Shown here piece by piece: positions 25,610 to 35,281 of a stretch of 44,209 bases of DNA. Within the stretch, counting starts at the first letter, position 1. Every line of letters starts with the position of its first letter. Source of the stretch: a virus. Lineage: Duplodnaviria > Caudoviricetes. The stretch spans positions 1 through 44,209 of IMG/VR virus record IMGVR_UViG_3300049924_000183. One strand, given 5' to 3'. The translations under genes and the position numbers were made by a program. The notes beneath the pieces are model-generated. The model worked only from the letters and a program-made list of their open reading frames with translations, ran no database searches and was not told the DNA's origin.

Positions 25610-27189
25610 CCCCCGAGCAGTGTTACGCGAGCCTTCAACGACTCGATCTCATTTTGCAACCGCTCGATCGTCTGCGCTGTCAGACGCCGTAGTTCGATCT
25701 GATCCCGCATGTCGTACTGCTCCGGTGGCTGCGGCAGCACGATGGACTGCGTGCCACGCCCCACACGAACCACCGTCGTCGGAGCACCACCAAAGCCCGG
25801 CAGGCTCACCGCACCGACGCCGACCACGCCCACGGGACGCAGGACAGAAGTCACTGCGGTTCCCGGCGCGCTTACCGCACCCGTTGCTCCGACGCCGGTT
25901 GGCGTGAGCGTGAGCAAGGAACCTGCGGCGAACGTCGGCGTTCCGACTGCACCGGTCGCACTGACGCCCGTCGGATTGAGCCGCGACGTGAGCGCGAGTG
26001 TGACCGTTCCGACGGCACCTGTTGCACCGACGCCCGTCGGCGAGAGCACCACGCCGCCGCCGAACGCTGGCGTTCCGACTGCACCGGTCGCACTGACGCC
26101 CGTCGGATTGAGCCGCGACGTGAGTGTGAGTGTGACCGTTCCCACTGCACCGGTGGCACTGACGCCGGTTGGCGTGAGCGCAACACTGGCAACGAAACTC
26201 GGCGTACCCACCGCACCGGTGGCACTGACGCCCGTTGGGTTGAGCGTGAGTGTGCCTCCGCCAGTGGAGATCGTCGGCGTTCCGACCGCACCGGTGACAC
26301 TGACGCCGGTGGGCGACAGCGACACGTCGCTGCGGAAGATCGGCGTTCCGACTGCACCGGTCGCACTGACGCCCGTCGGATTGAGCCGCGACGTGAGTGT
26401 GAGTGTGACCGTCCCAACCGCACCGGTTGCACCGACACCCGTCGGCGACAGCGACACATTGGTGCGGAAGATCGGCGTGCCGACGGCACCGGTGGCACTG
26501 ACGCCTGTGGGCAACAGCCGGGGCGAGAACGTGCGCGTCGGCGTGCCAACGGCACCCGTCGCACTGACACCGGTCGGACTGAGCGTGAGCCCACCCGCGC
26601 CCGGCACGTCCGCGGTGTTGCTGATCTCGAGTCGAGTTGCGAGACCGCCTTCACCGATCCAGAACCACGCAATGAACCCGCTCTCATGCCGGTTGCCAGA
26701 CGTGTCGGTGTAGTCGATGATCGCAGTGGTGCCCCCGTCCTTGTAGACGCGAATGCGCACTGACGTGCCAGCGACGATGTCGACCACAATCACATGCGAC
26801 GAGAACCCACCGCTCGTGTAGCCCGTCCCATATGTCGCGAGAGACGCCGCGCCTGCACCAACCCGGGACAACTGAATGCCGGTCGTACCACTCAGCCAGT
26901 CGAGCGCGTAGTAGTTCGTTCCATCGCTGCAGAAGTGCAGCTGCATCGTGTTCGCCCCGCCCGTCACACCCGCTGCAGACGCAGTGATCGTATGACTGGC
27001 GGAGAACGTCCCCGGGGCTTGCGCGTAGCGATAGAAGCCACCAGACGGGTTCCGGGCATTGCCGGACCCGTCGAGTTCAGGCTCCCAGTACCCAAGTCCG
27101 GTATACGCAGTCCCCACCTCGGGCGTGTAGCCCGAGATGAGGTTGGTCCCGGCACTGCCGGAATGTTCTGCGCGAAAAACAGTTGCCAC
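25606..27189 (-). CDS. Repeat-containing tail fibre / receptor-binding protein
   Basis: N-terminal beta-rich lectin-like domain, about 12 PTGVSATGAVGT repeats, C-terminal LPQPPEQYD plus coiled coil. Confidence 0.7.
   Translation of the reverse strand: MATVFRAEHSGSAGTNLISGYTPEVGTAYTGLGYWEPELDGSGNARNPSGGFYRYAQAPGTFSASHTITASAAGVTGGANTMQLHFCSDGTNYYALDWLSGTTGIQLSRVGAGAASLATYGTGYTSGGFSSHVIVVDIVAGTSVRIRVYKDGGTTAIIDYTDTSGNRHESGFIAWFWIGEGGLATRLEISNTADVPGAGGLTLSPTGVSATGAVGTPTRTFSPRLLPTGVSATGAVGTPIFRTNVSLSPTGVGATGAVGTVTLTLTSRLNPTGVSATGAVGTPIFRSDVSLSPTGVSVTGAVGTPTISTGGGTLTLNPTGVSATGAVGTPSFVASVALTPTGVSATGAVGTVTLTLTSRLNPTGVSATGAVGTPAFGGGVVLSPTGVGATGAVGTVTLALTSRLNPTGVSATGAVGTPTFAAGSLLTLTPTGVGATGAVSAPGTAVTSVLRPVGVVGVGAVSLPGFGGAPTTVVRVGRGTQSIVLPQPPEQYDMRDQIELRRLTAQTIERLQNEIESLKARVTLLGG
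25805..26590 (-). repeat. Coding tandem repeat with ~66-bp (22-aa) period, about 12 units
   Basis: Includes three identical 56-bp blocks at 25937-25992, 26069-26124 and 26342-26397. Confidence 0.9.
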
Positions 27190-27198
27190 GCGGTGTCC

Positions 27199-28662
27199 TT
27201 ACGGGTAGTAGACTTCGCGACCGTCGCCGAGCCAGCCGACTTCGCAATTCTTGTTCGCCAGCAGACAGCCGGGCACGATGATGTCGATCAGCTTCTTCCC
27301 GGCGAACAACCAGTCTGCGTGCGCCGACCGTCCGCCGGTGCCGAACGCTTCGTCTGGTGTCTTGCCGGTGTTGTACATATCCGACGAGAGCGCCCAGTCA
27401 CGCGTGTCTTCACCCGCTTCGATCGGGAAGTGGAACAGCTCCTCCACTCGCGGCACCTTCACCGGGTGTGTGGACGGGCACGTGCCGTTCGGATACTCGA
27501 GATACGCCATGTGCGACTGATGATCTGGCGAGTCGAGATCGCGTCCATTCCAACACTGCGGGAACACGACGACGAGCACGATCTCTCCACCCGCATTGCA
27601 CTGCGGGATGTATCCGGTCTGCGCCACAAACGCCGGCGTACCGTAGCACTGCCACTCGATGACGCCGGGCTGCGTCCCAGTTGCGTTCTTGTTCCCGGCG
27701 ATGATCTTGAGGCCCACTGGCATCGTGACCATGCCCGCGGTCGACGCCCACGACGCGTTCGTGTAATAGGCATTCATCTCGCGCTGCACGATCACCTTGC
27801 CCGTGCGACGGTTGAAGACCGCAGGCACCCAGTACGCCGTGCGGTTGATGATGCCGCCCTGACACGTGGAGTTCCCGCTCGAGGCCAGCGACTCCGACGT
27901 GCTTGTCGGCGTCACCCCCGCGTTCCCAGCGAACGAATGCAGATGCCCCACACCGAACTGCCCCGGGTACACGATCGGATCGAGCACCGCGTAATCAGAG
28001 ACTTGGCACTTCGTGCGGAACTTCGGCAGCGAGCTGACTGCACCGGACGGTGCACCGCTCCGAATCAGTTCGACGCCACGTCCAGTGTCCGTCTGCGGAA
28101 CAACCCACACCGCAGGAGACCCGGCCATGCCCGGCGTTGGATTCGGAATCGATCGCGTGTAATGCGGACCCACTTCGCACCGCACACCATCGGCAGTCGG
28201 CACAATCACACCGTTCAGTATCCACGAATAGCAATCGAGCTGCGCAATCACTCGCGTCGCCGTCGCCACCGTGACGCCCGCCGCATTGACGAGACGCACA
28301 TCACGGATGCCAGAAAACGCACAAGTATTGCCGACCGGCGTGCACACGGTCCACGCAGTCGTTCCCGCCGGGGGAGGCGGTGTCACGACTGGAGGGACAA
28401 TTACGGGCGGAAGTGTCACTGGTGGAGGGACAACGACCGGAGGCGGGACCACGACAACCGGGGGCGGAGCAGGGCAGTACAGCTTCGTGCGCGACGCAAT
28501 GGATGCCGACGTGGCCGAGGTGTACCGCTCAGGACGCGTCTCCCAGCCGATACCCGGCGCACACACCGAGTCCTCGACCACGTTGCGCGTGCGAGTCTTT
28601 CGCTCGGTCTGCGCCGACAGCACTGGCGCAAGACAGAGCAGGAGAAGAAGGAGTCGACGCAT
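27199..28662 (-). CDS. Signal-peptide protein with Pro-rich linker and DUF1996 domain
   Basis: MRRLLLLLLCLAPVLSA; DPIVYPGQ...HLHSF.GN...STC.G...N.TAYW.P; FPQCW.G.DLDSPDH.SH; CP.THPV; HADW. Confidence 0.85.
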   Translation of the reverse strand: MRRLLLLLLCLAPVLSAQTERKTRTRNVVEDSVCAPGIGWETRPERYTSATSASIASRTKLYCPAPPPVVVVPPPVVVPPPVTLPPVIVPPVVTPPPPAGTTAWTVCTPVGNTCAFSGIRDVRLVNAAGVTVATATRVIAQLDCYSWILNGVIVPTADGVRCEVGPHYTRSIPNPTPGMAGSPAVWVVPQTDTGRGVELIRSGAPSGAVSSLPKFRTKCQVSDYAVLDPIVYPGQFGVGHLHSFAGNAGVTPTSTSESLASSGNSTCQGGIINRTAYWVPAVFNRRTGKVIVQREMNAYYTNASWASTAGMVTMPVGLKIIAGNKNATGTQPGVIEWQCYGTPAFVAQTGYIPQCNAGGEIVLVVVFPQCWNGRDLDSPDHQSHMAYLEYPNGTCPSTHPVKVPRVEELFHFPIEAGEDTRDWALSSDMYNTGKTPDEAFGTGGRSAHADWLFAGKKLIDIIVPGCLLANKNCEVGWLGDGREVYYP

Positions 28663-29096
28663 CAGGCGATCCTGATGATCGCTGTTGCTGCTGCCGCTGC
28701 AGGGAAGACGATCTGCAGCGTGCCACCACCCGTCACCGCCTGATCGCTGCCGAAGTCGAACGCGGCAACCGCCCGGTTGCTGTTCGTGCTGTTGTAGATC
28801 AACATGCCGCGAATACCGGACAGCGTGACACCAGACTGCGACACGTCCGCGAAGTCCACGATCGCGGTGCCCGTGTCGAGGACCGGCGTGATGTTCGTGA
28901 GCGTGTAGCCCCCGGCGGTGTAGCCGGTGCCGCTCACTTCGTTGGTGGCGCTATACGCCGTGAGACCCGTGCCGCCAGTGGCGGTCGAGTTGTAGAACGC
29001 CGCCTTGAAGACGTTGCCCGTCGTCACGGTGAAGTTGTGCAGGCCCTGCAGCAGCTCCTGCTTGAAGCTGTTGCACATGGCAGTACTGAGTGGCAT
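28662..29096 (-). CDS. Conserved virion structural protein
   Basis: MCNSFKQELL...FK.A.Y...Y.ATNEVSGTGYTAGG.TL...DFG.D pattern. Confidence 0.75.
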   Translation of the reverse strand: MPLSTAMCNSFKQELLQGLHNFTVTTGNVFKAAFYNSTATGGTGLTAYSATNEVSGTGYTAGGYTLTNITPVLDTGTAIVDFADVSQSGVTLSGIRGMLIYNSTNSNRAVAAFDFGSDQAVTGGGTLQIVFPAAAAATAIIRIA

Positions 29097-29224
29097 TACT
29101 CGGTCTCCTCGGTGACGACGCTGGGACCATCCTGCAGTCGCAGAATCGGCGTTCCAAACTGCACACCAGCGCACACGGTCATCGGCACGCCTTCCACTTC
29201 ACGAACAGGTCGTTCGTCAGTCAT
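29096..29224 (-). CDS. Small hypothetical protein (42 aa, not in the ORF track)
   Basis: MTDERPVREVEG...; ATGA and TAATG coupling at both ends. Confidence 0.55.
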   Translation of the reverse strand: MTDERPVREVEGVPMTVCAGVQFGTPILRLQDGPSVVTEETE

Positions 29225-30738
29225 CGCTTTCCCCTGAGCGCAACCTGCGCTCGAAACTCTCCGATCCTCCAATCCGTCTCGACACCCTGTTCGAGTCGGA
29301 GTCGCACCTGACGCCCCGTGATGCGAGCGTCTGTCGGTGCGCGAACTACCAGTGATGCGGTGGCGTACTCGGTCGACGTGGGATACAGGCGTCCGTACAG
29401 CGTCACGCGGACATCCCCGATGTTCTTCTCGTCAGGGATGATCCGCAGGATCGTCGCGAGCTTGTCGCCCTCGCCGATCTGAATCGGGCCGGATTCGCAG
29501 TACGGCGTCATGCCGCTGCGGGAGTTACCGCGCTCGTGCTCATAGAGCGCACCGTCCGCCGCCGCCATGATCGGGTACGGGAAGACGCCCGAGGGCACCG
29601 CAGCGGTGCGAGCGAGCATTCCAACAGCCCAGTGATTTTCGCGCACATTGAAACTCACGTAGCTGTCGATCTCGGTCGACGCGTTACTCGGATAGAACCA
29701 CCAGATTTCCGAGAAGTCCGGCATCGCGACCGCATGAATCTTCGCCCGCTGTTCCTGATTCAACCGACCGAACACGTAGTCCGCGACATCGGACGCGATC
29801 TCTCGCGCATACCCGTCGTACATCCAGAACCCGCGGGTGCCCATCCAGAACGGCACGCCATTCTGCGACGCGACCGCATTCGGTGCGATGACACCGCACT
29901 GCTCCGCCGCGAGCGAGAACGAGTACACCGCGTCACCGCCGATGTACGTTGCCACGTGCAGGTCCACATCCGTCCAGAGCAGCGTCTGGTTTCGACCACG
30001 ACGCCCGCACATCAACTTGCCGTTCGTCGTGAGCGGGTAGCTCCCGGCGGTGTTGCCGATCGTCGGCGTCCAGTCCGTCGTGGTCTCTTGCGAGGCCCAC
30101 GTGACCTTGCGCACGTCGCTCGATGTGCCCAGTGCCATCAGAAACCGTTCGGGCGTCACGACGACGCCTCGCACACCGGTGGGCGCTCCGGTCGCCGGCG
30201 CAGCGGGCACGCCGGGGTTCCGCGTCCACACCATCACACGCCCATCCGCAGTCAACGACCCCACGAGGTAGTCGCCGAACACATCGAGCTGCCACGTCGC
30301 TGCGTCCGATGTGATCGACGCCGTGGTGCCCACGCCGTACAGCCCTGCGCCGTACACTCCGTAGCCATAGGTGCCGGACCCGCCCGCGGCAGTCGTGTCG
30401 ACGGCACCCACCGTCAACCCGGAGGGTGTGATGTCGTACAGGTCACCACCGGAGTACGCGTACAGCTTCGAGGTCGTCCCGACCGCCAGCCACGGCGTGC
30501 CGTCATTGCCACGCCACGCTTCCATTCCACGCGGCACACCCGCGATCGATGCCTCGGTCAGTGAGGTCAGCGACCCCGACACCATGAGCGGCAACGGCAA
30601 CCAGCCCCCAATTGGGCGCATCGTGCCATCAATCCACCGCACACCGTTTGCCGCAATCCATCGAGCGCGTCCCTGATACGGTGTGCCGTTCGCGTAGACG
30701 CCGGGCTTCGTCCGCAGCGGCACCAGTGCCGACGACAT
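29221..30738 (-). CDS. Tail hub / packaged-DNA stabilization protein (P22 gp10 or tail tubular B-like)
   Basis: PGV...GT.Y....RW; WASQE...W.P...NTAG; CG.I; FWMG..GF; EIWWFYPS. Confidence 0.8.
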   Translation of the reverse strand: MSSALVPLRTKPGVYANGTPYQGRARWIAANGVRWIDGTMRPIGGWLPLPLMVSGSLTSLTEASIAGVPRGMEAWRGNDGTPWLAVGTTSKLYAYSGGDLYDITPSGLTVGAVDTTAAGGSGTYGYGVYGAGLYGVGTTASITSDAATWQLDVFGDYLVGSLTADGRVMVWTRNPGVPAAPATGAPTGVRGVVVTPERFLMALGTSSDVRKVTWASQETTTDWTPTIGNTAGSYPLTTNGKLMCGRRGRNQTLLWTDVDLHVATYIGGDAVYSFSLAAEQCGVIAPNAVASQNGVPFWMGTRGFWMYDGYAREIASDVADYVFGRLNQEQRAKIHAVAMPDFSEIWWFYPSNASTEIDSYVSFNVRENHWAVGMLARTAAVPSGVFPYPIMAAADGALYEHERGNSRSGMTPYCESGPIQIGEGDKLATILRIIPDEKNIGDVRVTLYGRLYPTSTEYATASLVVRAPTDARITGRQVRLRLEQGVETDWRIGEFRAQVALRGKR

Positions 30739-31619
30739 CAGATCAGCCCACGCGTCTTCAGGTCCGTGACAAGAGCTTTGAGCTTCTCGATGACGGGGGT
30801 GAGCGACGCGCCAAGCGCAGCCAGCGAGGACGAGTCCACCGCAGCAGGCAGGAACGCGGTGCGAGAACCCGACGTGGTCGGTGTGTCGTACCCGAGAGAC
30901 CCCGGCGGGACAACACGAGCCCACGTGATGTTTTCCGATCGAGCCGTGTCCGCTGTCGATTGCGCGGTGGCGATGTTGGTGGTCTGCGTCGCGTTGATCG
31001 CAGCCAAGGCCGCGAGGTCGCTGACCAAGCCGACCACCGCAGACTGCGGGAGGCCGGTCAGGTTCGACCCGTCACCATAGAAGATCGACGAGACGGTCGT
31101 CGCGTTGATTCCGCCGACGACGCGCAGCCGTTCCCCGGCGACGAACGCGGGGGTGCTGTCTCCGATGTACATCTGCGACGCCAACACGCCGAACTTTCGG
31201 AGCGCGACATCATCACCGACCTGCAAGCGCATGTAGCGGTTTGCCGCGGTCGCACTGGGGTTCACGGCGATCTGCGCGTACAGATTCCCGAGCCCGCCCC
31301 CGGCGATCGCGCCGCCACCGAAGATCGCACTGGCGGTCACGGCATCGTTCGTCATCCCGGCGTTGAGTGCCGAGACGCTGGCTCCCCCGAGCGCACTGCC
31401 TGCGATGATGTTGCCCGACGCCGTCACCGACGCAGACGCCGTCACCGACACAACGGACAACGCGCCCGCCAGCTCGGCTTCCGCCGCGGCCACGCGATCC
31501 GCCAAGGCCTTGACCGTGGCATCTGCCGATGTGAACGCCCCGTTCACCCCGCCGCCCCACGCACCGAGACTGCCGCCGACATCAGGCAGCGACCAACCGT
31601 AATTCGGAGTGCTTGGCAT
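30738..31619 (-). CDS. Tail fibre / needle-like structural protein
   Basis: TPNYGWSLP.VG....WG...N N-terminal anchor followed by coiled coils. Confidence 0.65.
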   Translation of the reverse strand: MPSTPNYGWSLPDVGGSLGAWGGGVNGAFTSADATVKALADRVAAAEAELAGALSVVSVTASASVTASGNIIAGSALGGASVSALNAGMTNDAVTASAIFGGGAIAGGGLGNLYAQIAVNPSATAANRYMRLQVGDDVALRKFGVLASQMYIGDSTPAFVAGERLRVVGGINATTVSSIFYGDGSNLTGLPQSAVVGLVSDLAALAAINATQTTNIATAQSTADTARSENITWARVVPPGSLGYDTPTTSGSRTAFLPAAVDSSSLAALGASLTPVIEKLKALVTDLKTRGLI

Positions 31620-32242
31620 CAGAACACCTGAGAGAGTCGCGGTGTCCGCAGATTCGCGCCCAGTTCTTCCTGCTCGTACTGGCGATTGATCTGGAACACG
31701 ATCTTGTCGAAACGCTGTTCCCACATCGGGATGCGTTCATCTTCCATCAGCCACACACTGATCTCACACAACGTCGCGTAGAAGTACGCGTCCGGGTATC
31801 GCGTGAGCAGCCAGTTCGTCGGTGCCGCGTCACTCAGCGCAGGCGCAAGCTCGTAGTACGAGATGCGCAGCTCATAGGTATTGTCCGGCTCAGGCGCGAG
31901 ATAGATCGTGTTGTCCGCGACCGCATAGAATTGCGGCACGCCGGCGACGCCGCGAAACGCTTCACGCTGATCGAACAGCTTCTCGAGCGTGACCTGCGTC
32001 ATTGGCGCACCGTAATTACTGCGATTCACACGAGCCAATCGCAGTAAACTGACCAACGCCGGCAACGCCGCGGAGCCGCTCGAGACGGAGAGCACTTGCT
32101 CGGCCACGCTGCGTGCGCGCAGTTCCCGGCGGAGACGGCCTTCGGCGAGCGCGATGTAGATCGGCAGCTTCGCAATGACATCCTGTCGATCGAGGACGTC
32201 CGCGAGATTGGCCTGCAGCTCGGTGTAGTTACTCAGTGGCAT
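31619..32242 (-). CDS. Head-tail adaptor (tail tubular A-like)
   Basis: NY.EL...AD.L.R...I.LAE.R..R.LR; G.P..Y; P.PD..Y; TNWLL..YPD.Y.YA.L. Confidence 0.8.
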   Translation of the reverse strand: MPLSNYTELQANLADVLDRQDVIAKLPIYIALAEGRLRRELRARSVAEQVLSVSSGSAALPALVSLLRLARVNRSNYGAPMTQVTLEKLFDQREAFRGVAGVPQFYAVADNTIYLAPEPDNTYELRISYYELAPALSDAAPTNWLLTRYPDAYFYATLCEISVWLMEDERIPMWEQRFDKIVFQINRQYEQEELGANLRTPRLSQVF

Positions 32243-32870
32243 CCGTGCCCTCAGCAATCTGTGCGTGCGCATGTCGGTACTCGAACTGCCCGACGTGCGA
32301 GACGTGCTTGCTCAGATCGTGATCCACGAGGATGTCCACGCCTGCGGCCTTCAGCTTCTCACAAAAGTAGATGTCCTCGCCGGCGTGCTCAAGCGACGAT
32401 TCTGTCCATGGTGTGTCGAAATACGGCTGCGTGAGTCGACGCACCGCCGCGGTATCGACAAGCACGAGACCCATCCCTGTCGCATGGACAGATTCGACCC
32501 CCTCCGATTCCGGCGTCGTGAACACCCGGCGGGAGCCGCTGTCATCGGCGTGCGTCACGGGCTGCACTGGCACCTCTCGCGTCACGTAGTTCGCCGCCAC
32601 AAAGGGCCGCGCCCGGGACAACAGGTGCACGAGCGTCTCGCGGGGGAAGCGCATGTCGGTGTCGAGCCAGAGCACGTGCGTCGCGTCCGTCTCGAGCGCT
32701 TGCTTGAGCAGGGAGTTCCGCTGCATGTGGATGATGCCGCCCTGCACGATGAACAGCCGCAGATCGAGCGGCGTGTTCGCCGCGGTCCACGTCATCATGC
32801 GCGTCAGGTCGAAGACGAACGACGCCGGCATCGCCCCGCTCGAGGGAATGCAGATCGCGATCGTGCTCAT
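32229..32870 (-). CDS. GT-A fold glycosyltransferase (GT2-like)
   Basis: RN.L...AL...ATHVLWLDTDM.FP; GMG.VL; GEDIYFC; DHDLS....HVG. Confidence 0.85.
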   Translation of the reverse strand: MSTIAICIPSSGAMPASFVFDLTRMMTWTAANTPLDLRLFIVQGGIIHMQRNSLLKQALETDATHVLWLDTDMRFPRETLVHLLSRARPFVAANYVTREVPVQPVTHADDSGSRRVFTTPESEGVESVHATGMGLVLVDTAAVRRLTQPYFDTPWTESSLEHAGEDIYFCEKLKAAGVDILVDHDLSKHVSHVGQFEYRHAHAQIAEGTDATE

Positions 32871-33190
32871 ACGCGACCCGGGCGTGTGCGGAAGACGCGG
32901 TTGTCCGGGTCGTTCATCCACCGTGAGAAGGCCTTTGCGTCCTGCTCGGGCAGCATCCCCCGGCGTTTGAGATCGTAGTACACTGAGAGCGGAATCTGCG
33001 CAACGCGGTGCAGGTCGCCCTTCCACCGGCTGTTCATCCCGTCGTGCAGGTTGAACTCGTACTTGTTGTCTTCGACGAGGTCCGTCACATCCTGTTGCGT
33101 CTCGATGGTGAACGAGTCGTTCGTCTCATCGTAGTGGAACAACTCCACCTTCGCCGTCATCGGGTCCGTATCAAACAGCTTCGTGATCAT
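32867..33190 (-). CDS. Conserved phage protein downstream of capsid
   Basis: QDV..L.E.NK...VAQIP...W.NDPDN..FRT..G. Confidence 0.75.
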   Translation of the reverse strand: MITKLFDTDPMTAKVELFHYDETNDSFTIETQQDVTDLVEDNKYEFNLHDGMNSRWKGDLHRVAQIPLSVYYDLKRRGMLPEQDAKAFSRWMNDPDNRVFRTRPGRV

Positions 33191-33214
33191 GCATACTCCA
33201 GTGTGGAAACACGA

Positions 33215-33251
33215 ACGCCGCTCCACTGTCTGATACTCAGTGGAGCGGCGT
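33215..33251 (-). terminator. Probable intrinsic terminator after the major capsid gene
   Basis: 14-bp stem ACGCCGCTCCACTG / CAGTGGAGCGGCGT followed on the - strand by TCGTGTTT. Confidence 0.7.
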
Positions 33252-33264
33252 CGTCACTCACGCA

Positions 33265-34230
33265 TTAGACAGTCGTGAGGTCGGCAACGAGGCCGAGACC
33301 CTTCTCGTTCGTCACTTCGAGGCCGTACTCGACGAGGATCATGCGCTTCTCAGCGTCACCCGTCTTCGCCAGCTCGATCGTGTTGAAGGGGCGCAGCGTC
33401 CGCAGCTTGCAGAAGTTGTGGTCGAGGAACCACGCATCGCGGGCGCGCTGCAGGCGGTTCGGCACCACGGTGAACGTCTGGAACTCGCCCACATAGACAT
33501 CCGCCGCACCGATGATCGACGCCTTCTTCGGGGCGCTCTGGTAGAACGTCTTGGTCGCGATACCAGTGAAGCCGGAGATGATGCCCTTGTTGAATGCGCC
33601 GACCATGATCGTGTCGAAGCGAGCACCATTCGTCCAGCCCTGAGCCGCCACGTCCTTCAGCATCAGTTCCGTGAAGGTGCGCTGCGTGCCGTCCGTGCGG
33701 ATGCCCGCCGGGGCCGGAGCCGGGGCAGACGGGTTCGCACCGCCCACGCCGAGGCTGACGTTGGTCCGCACCCACGCGCCGAGACCGGCGGTGCGACGAG
33801 CCGTACCGGTCGCGCCGGCAGCCGCCGCGACGTTGTCACAGAGCATCAGCTCCATGTCGAGCTTCAGCTCCTTGCCCTTCTTCACGATCTGGTACGCCAG
33901 TTCCGACTTGCGACCTGCCTTGTCGACGGCAGAATCCTCGGTCCCGGCGATGATTACGTCCTTGCGGCTGATCTGCGTGTAGTTACCGATCCGCGAAGTC
34001 GGCACGACCGCAGTGAACGACGTGAGATCGTCACCTTCGATCTGCGCGTTGGTCGCCGCCGCGGCCAGCGCATCCTGCTGCCACTCGAAGTACGTGTTGC
34101 TGCAGCTCGCCTTCTCGATGTTCGACATGAACACCGTCTCTTCCGGCGAGATGTTGCTGATCAGATTCGACAGCTCTTCCCGAATACCCTTCGCCTGATA
34201 GGTCTGAAAGGTGTTTGTTACGATTGCCAC
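33265..34230 (-). CDS. Major capsid protein (HK97 fold, DUF5309 / SU10-like)
   Basis: REELSN.I.NISPEET.F; EWQ.D.L; N.TQI..K; ELK.DME; LAKTGD. Confidence 0.9.
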   Translation of the reverse strand: MAIVTNTFQTYQAKGIREELSNLISNISPEETVFMSNIEKASCSNTYFEWQQDALAAAATNAQIEGDDLTSFTAVVPTSRIGNYTQISRKDVIIAGTEDSAVDKAGRKSELAYQIVKKGKELKLDMELMLCDNVAAAAGATGTARRTAGLGAWVRTNVSLGVGGANPSAPAPAPAGIRTDGTQRTFTELMLKDVAAQGWTNGARFDTIMVGAFNKGIISGFTGIATKTFYQSAPKKASIIGAADVYVGEFQTFTVVPNRLQRARDAWFLDHNFCKLRTLRPFNTIELAKTGDAEKRMILVEYGLEVTNEKGLGLVADLTTV

Positions 34231-34242
34231 TCTACTGACTCC

Positions 34243-35241
34243 TTAGATCAATTGCTCCACCAGCCGGATGGCATCTTTGTCCGATCCGGTCTTTGCGAGC
34301 CGCTGTTTGGCGCGAGTGATCTCAGTCACGGGCTTGCGCACCGATGCCGAGCTTCCTGCAGCGAGGGGCTTGACCTGCGCCATGGGGGCCTTGGTGACAC
34401 CCGGCGTGGGCTTCGCCGCACTCTGAGCCTTCGGAGCCTTCTGCAGCGTGTTGAAGCGTGCCGCGTCGCGAAGAACGCGCATGAGCCGATGATCGAGCAC
34501 TTCCGCCACATCGTTCTGCGTGAAGCCAATCGACTCGGCGTAGCCGACGATTGCTTCCATGTCCTTCTTCGCTACCGCCTGATCCTTCCACTCGGGGACC
34601 GTCTCGAGGAGGCGCGTGTATTCCTGCTCGGCAATTCGCGCACGCTGCAACATGGCATCGCGCTGCTGGACTGCCGCCACACGTTCCCGCTCCTCGCGCA
34701 GTTCCTTGGCGCGAATCTTCTCCAACTGGTAGTCCGCGACGGCTCGGTTGTACTCGGCGGGGTCCAGCTCCTCACGGAGGGTTGCCCAGTCCGGTTCCTG
34801 TGCGTCGGCGGGAGCCACCATCTGCTCCAACCGTTCCAGCACTTCGGCATATCGCTGGCGTTCCTGAAGGACCGCCTGCTCGTTTTGCTCGAAGGCCTTG
34901 CGGCGCTCCGCAAGCTCCTGCGTCTTGCGCGTGTAGTCCTGCGTGCGAGAATAGCCTCGAGCGGCTTCTTCCTCGGTGACCTCCAGCTCTTCTCCGTTGA
35001 CCTTCACACGGAGTGTGCGTGGGGGCTGAGGTTCGTCCTGCTCGTCCTCTTCCTCGACATCAGACTCGTCCACATCCTCGACGACTTCTGGCTCGCGCTC
35101 CTGCTGCGATTCGTCAGGCTGGACTTCTTCCTGCGGCTCGTCCGGCTGCGGTTCTTCCCGAGGGGAGAGCAACTCTTCGACGAGACTCTGTGCGGCAGAA
35201 TCAGTGAGCTGGGACAGCTCAGTGCTGTTCTGTAGGGCCAT
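34243..35241 (-). CDS. Capsid scaffolding protein
   Basis: Acidic N-terminus; VKVNGEE.EVT..E...GY.R..DYTRKTQELAE; L.KTG...DA. Confidence 0.85.
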   Translation of the reverse strand: MALQNSTELSQLTDSAAQSLVEELLSPREEPQPDEPQEEVQPDESQQEREPEVVEDVDESDVEEEDEQDEPQPPRTLRVKVNGEELEVTEEEAARGYSRTQDYTRKTQELAERRKAFEQNEQAVLQERQRYAEVLERLEQMVAPADAQEPDWATLREELDPAEYNRAVADYQLEKIRAKELREERERVAAVQQRDAMLQRARIAEQEYTRLLETVPEWKDQAVAKKDMEAIVGYAESIGFTQNDVAEVLDHRLMRVLRDAARFNTLQKAPKAQSAAKPTPGVTKAPMAQVKPLAAGSSASVRKPVTEITRAKQRLAKTGSDKDAIRLVEQLI

Positions 35242-35281
35242 GATTAATACCTCTTGGTGAGTTTGGGAAGCGACAAAAGTG

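Noticed and set aside
25805-26590. CRISPR array
   Set aside because: The repeats are in-frame coding units with codon-position variation and recurring spacers; no cas operon is present.
25709-26713. Plus-strand PTAPVALTPVG repeat protein
   Set aside because: It is the antisense mirror of the fibre repeat, with no RBS and against the operon direction.
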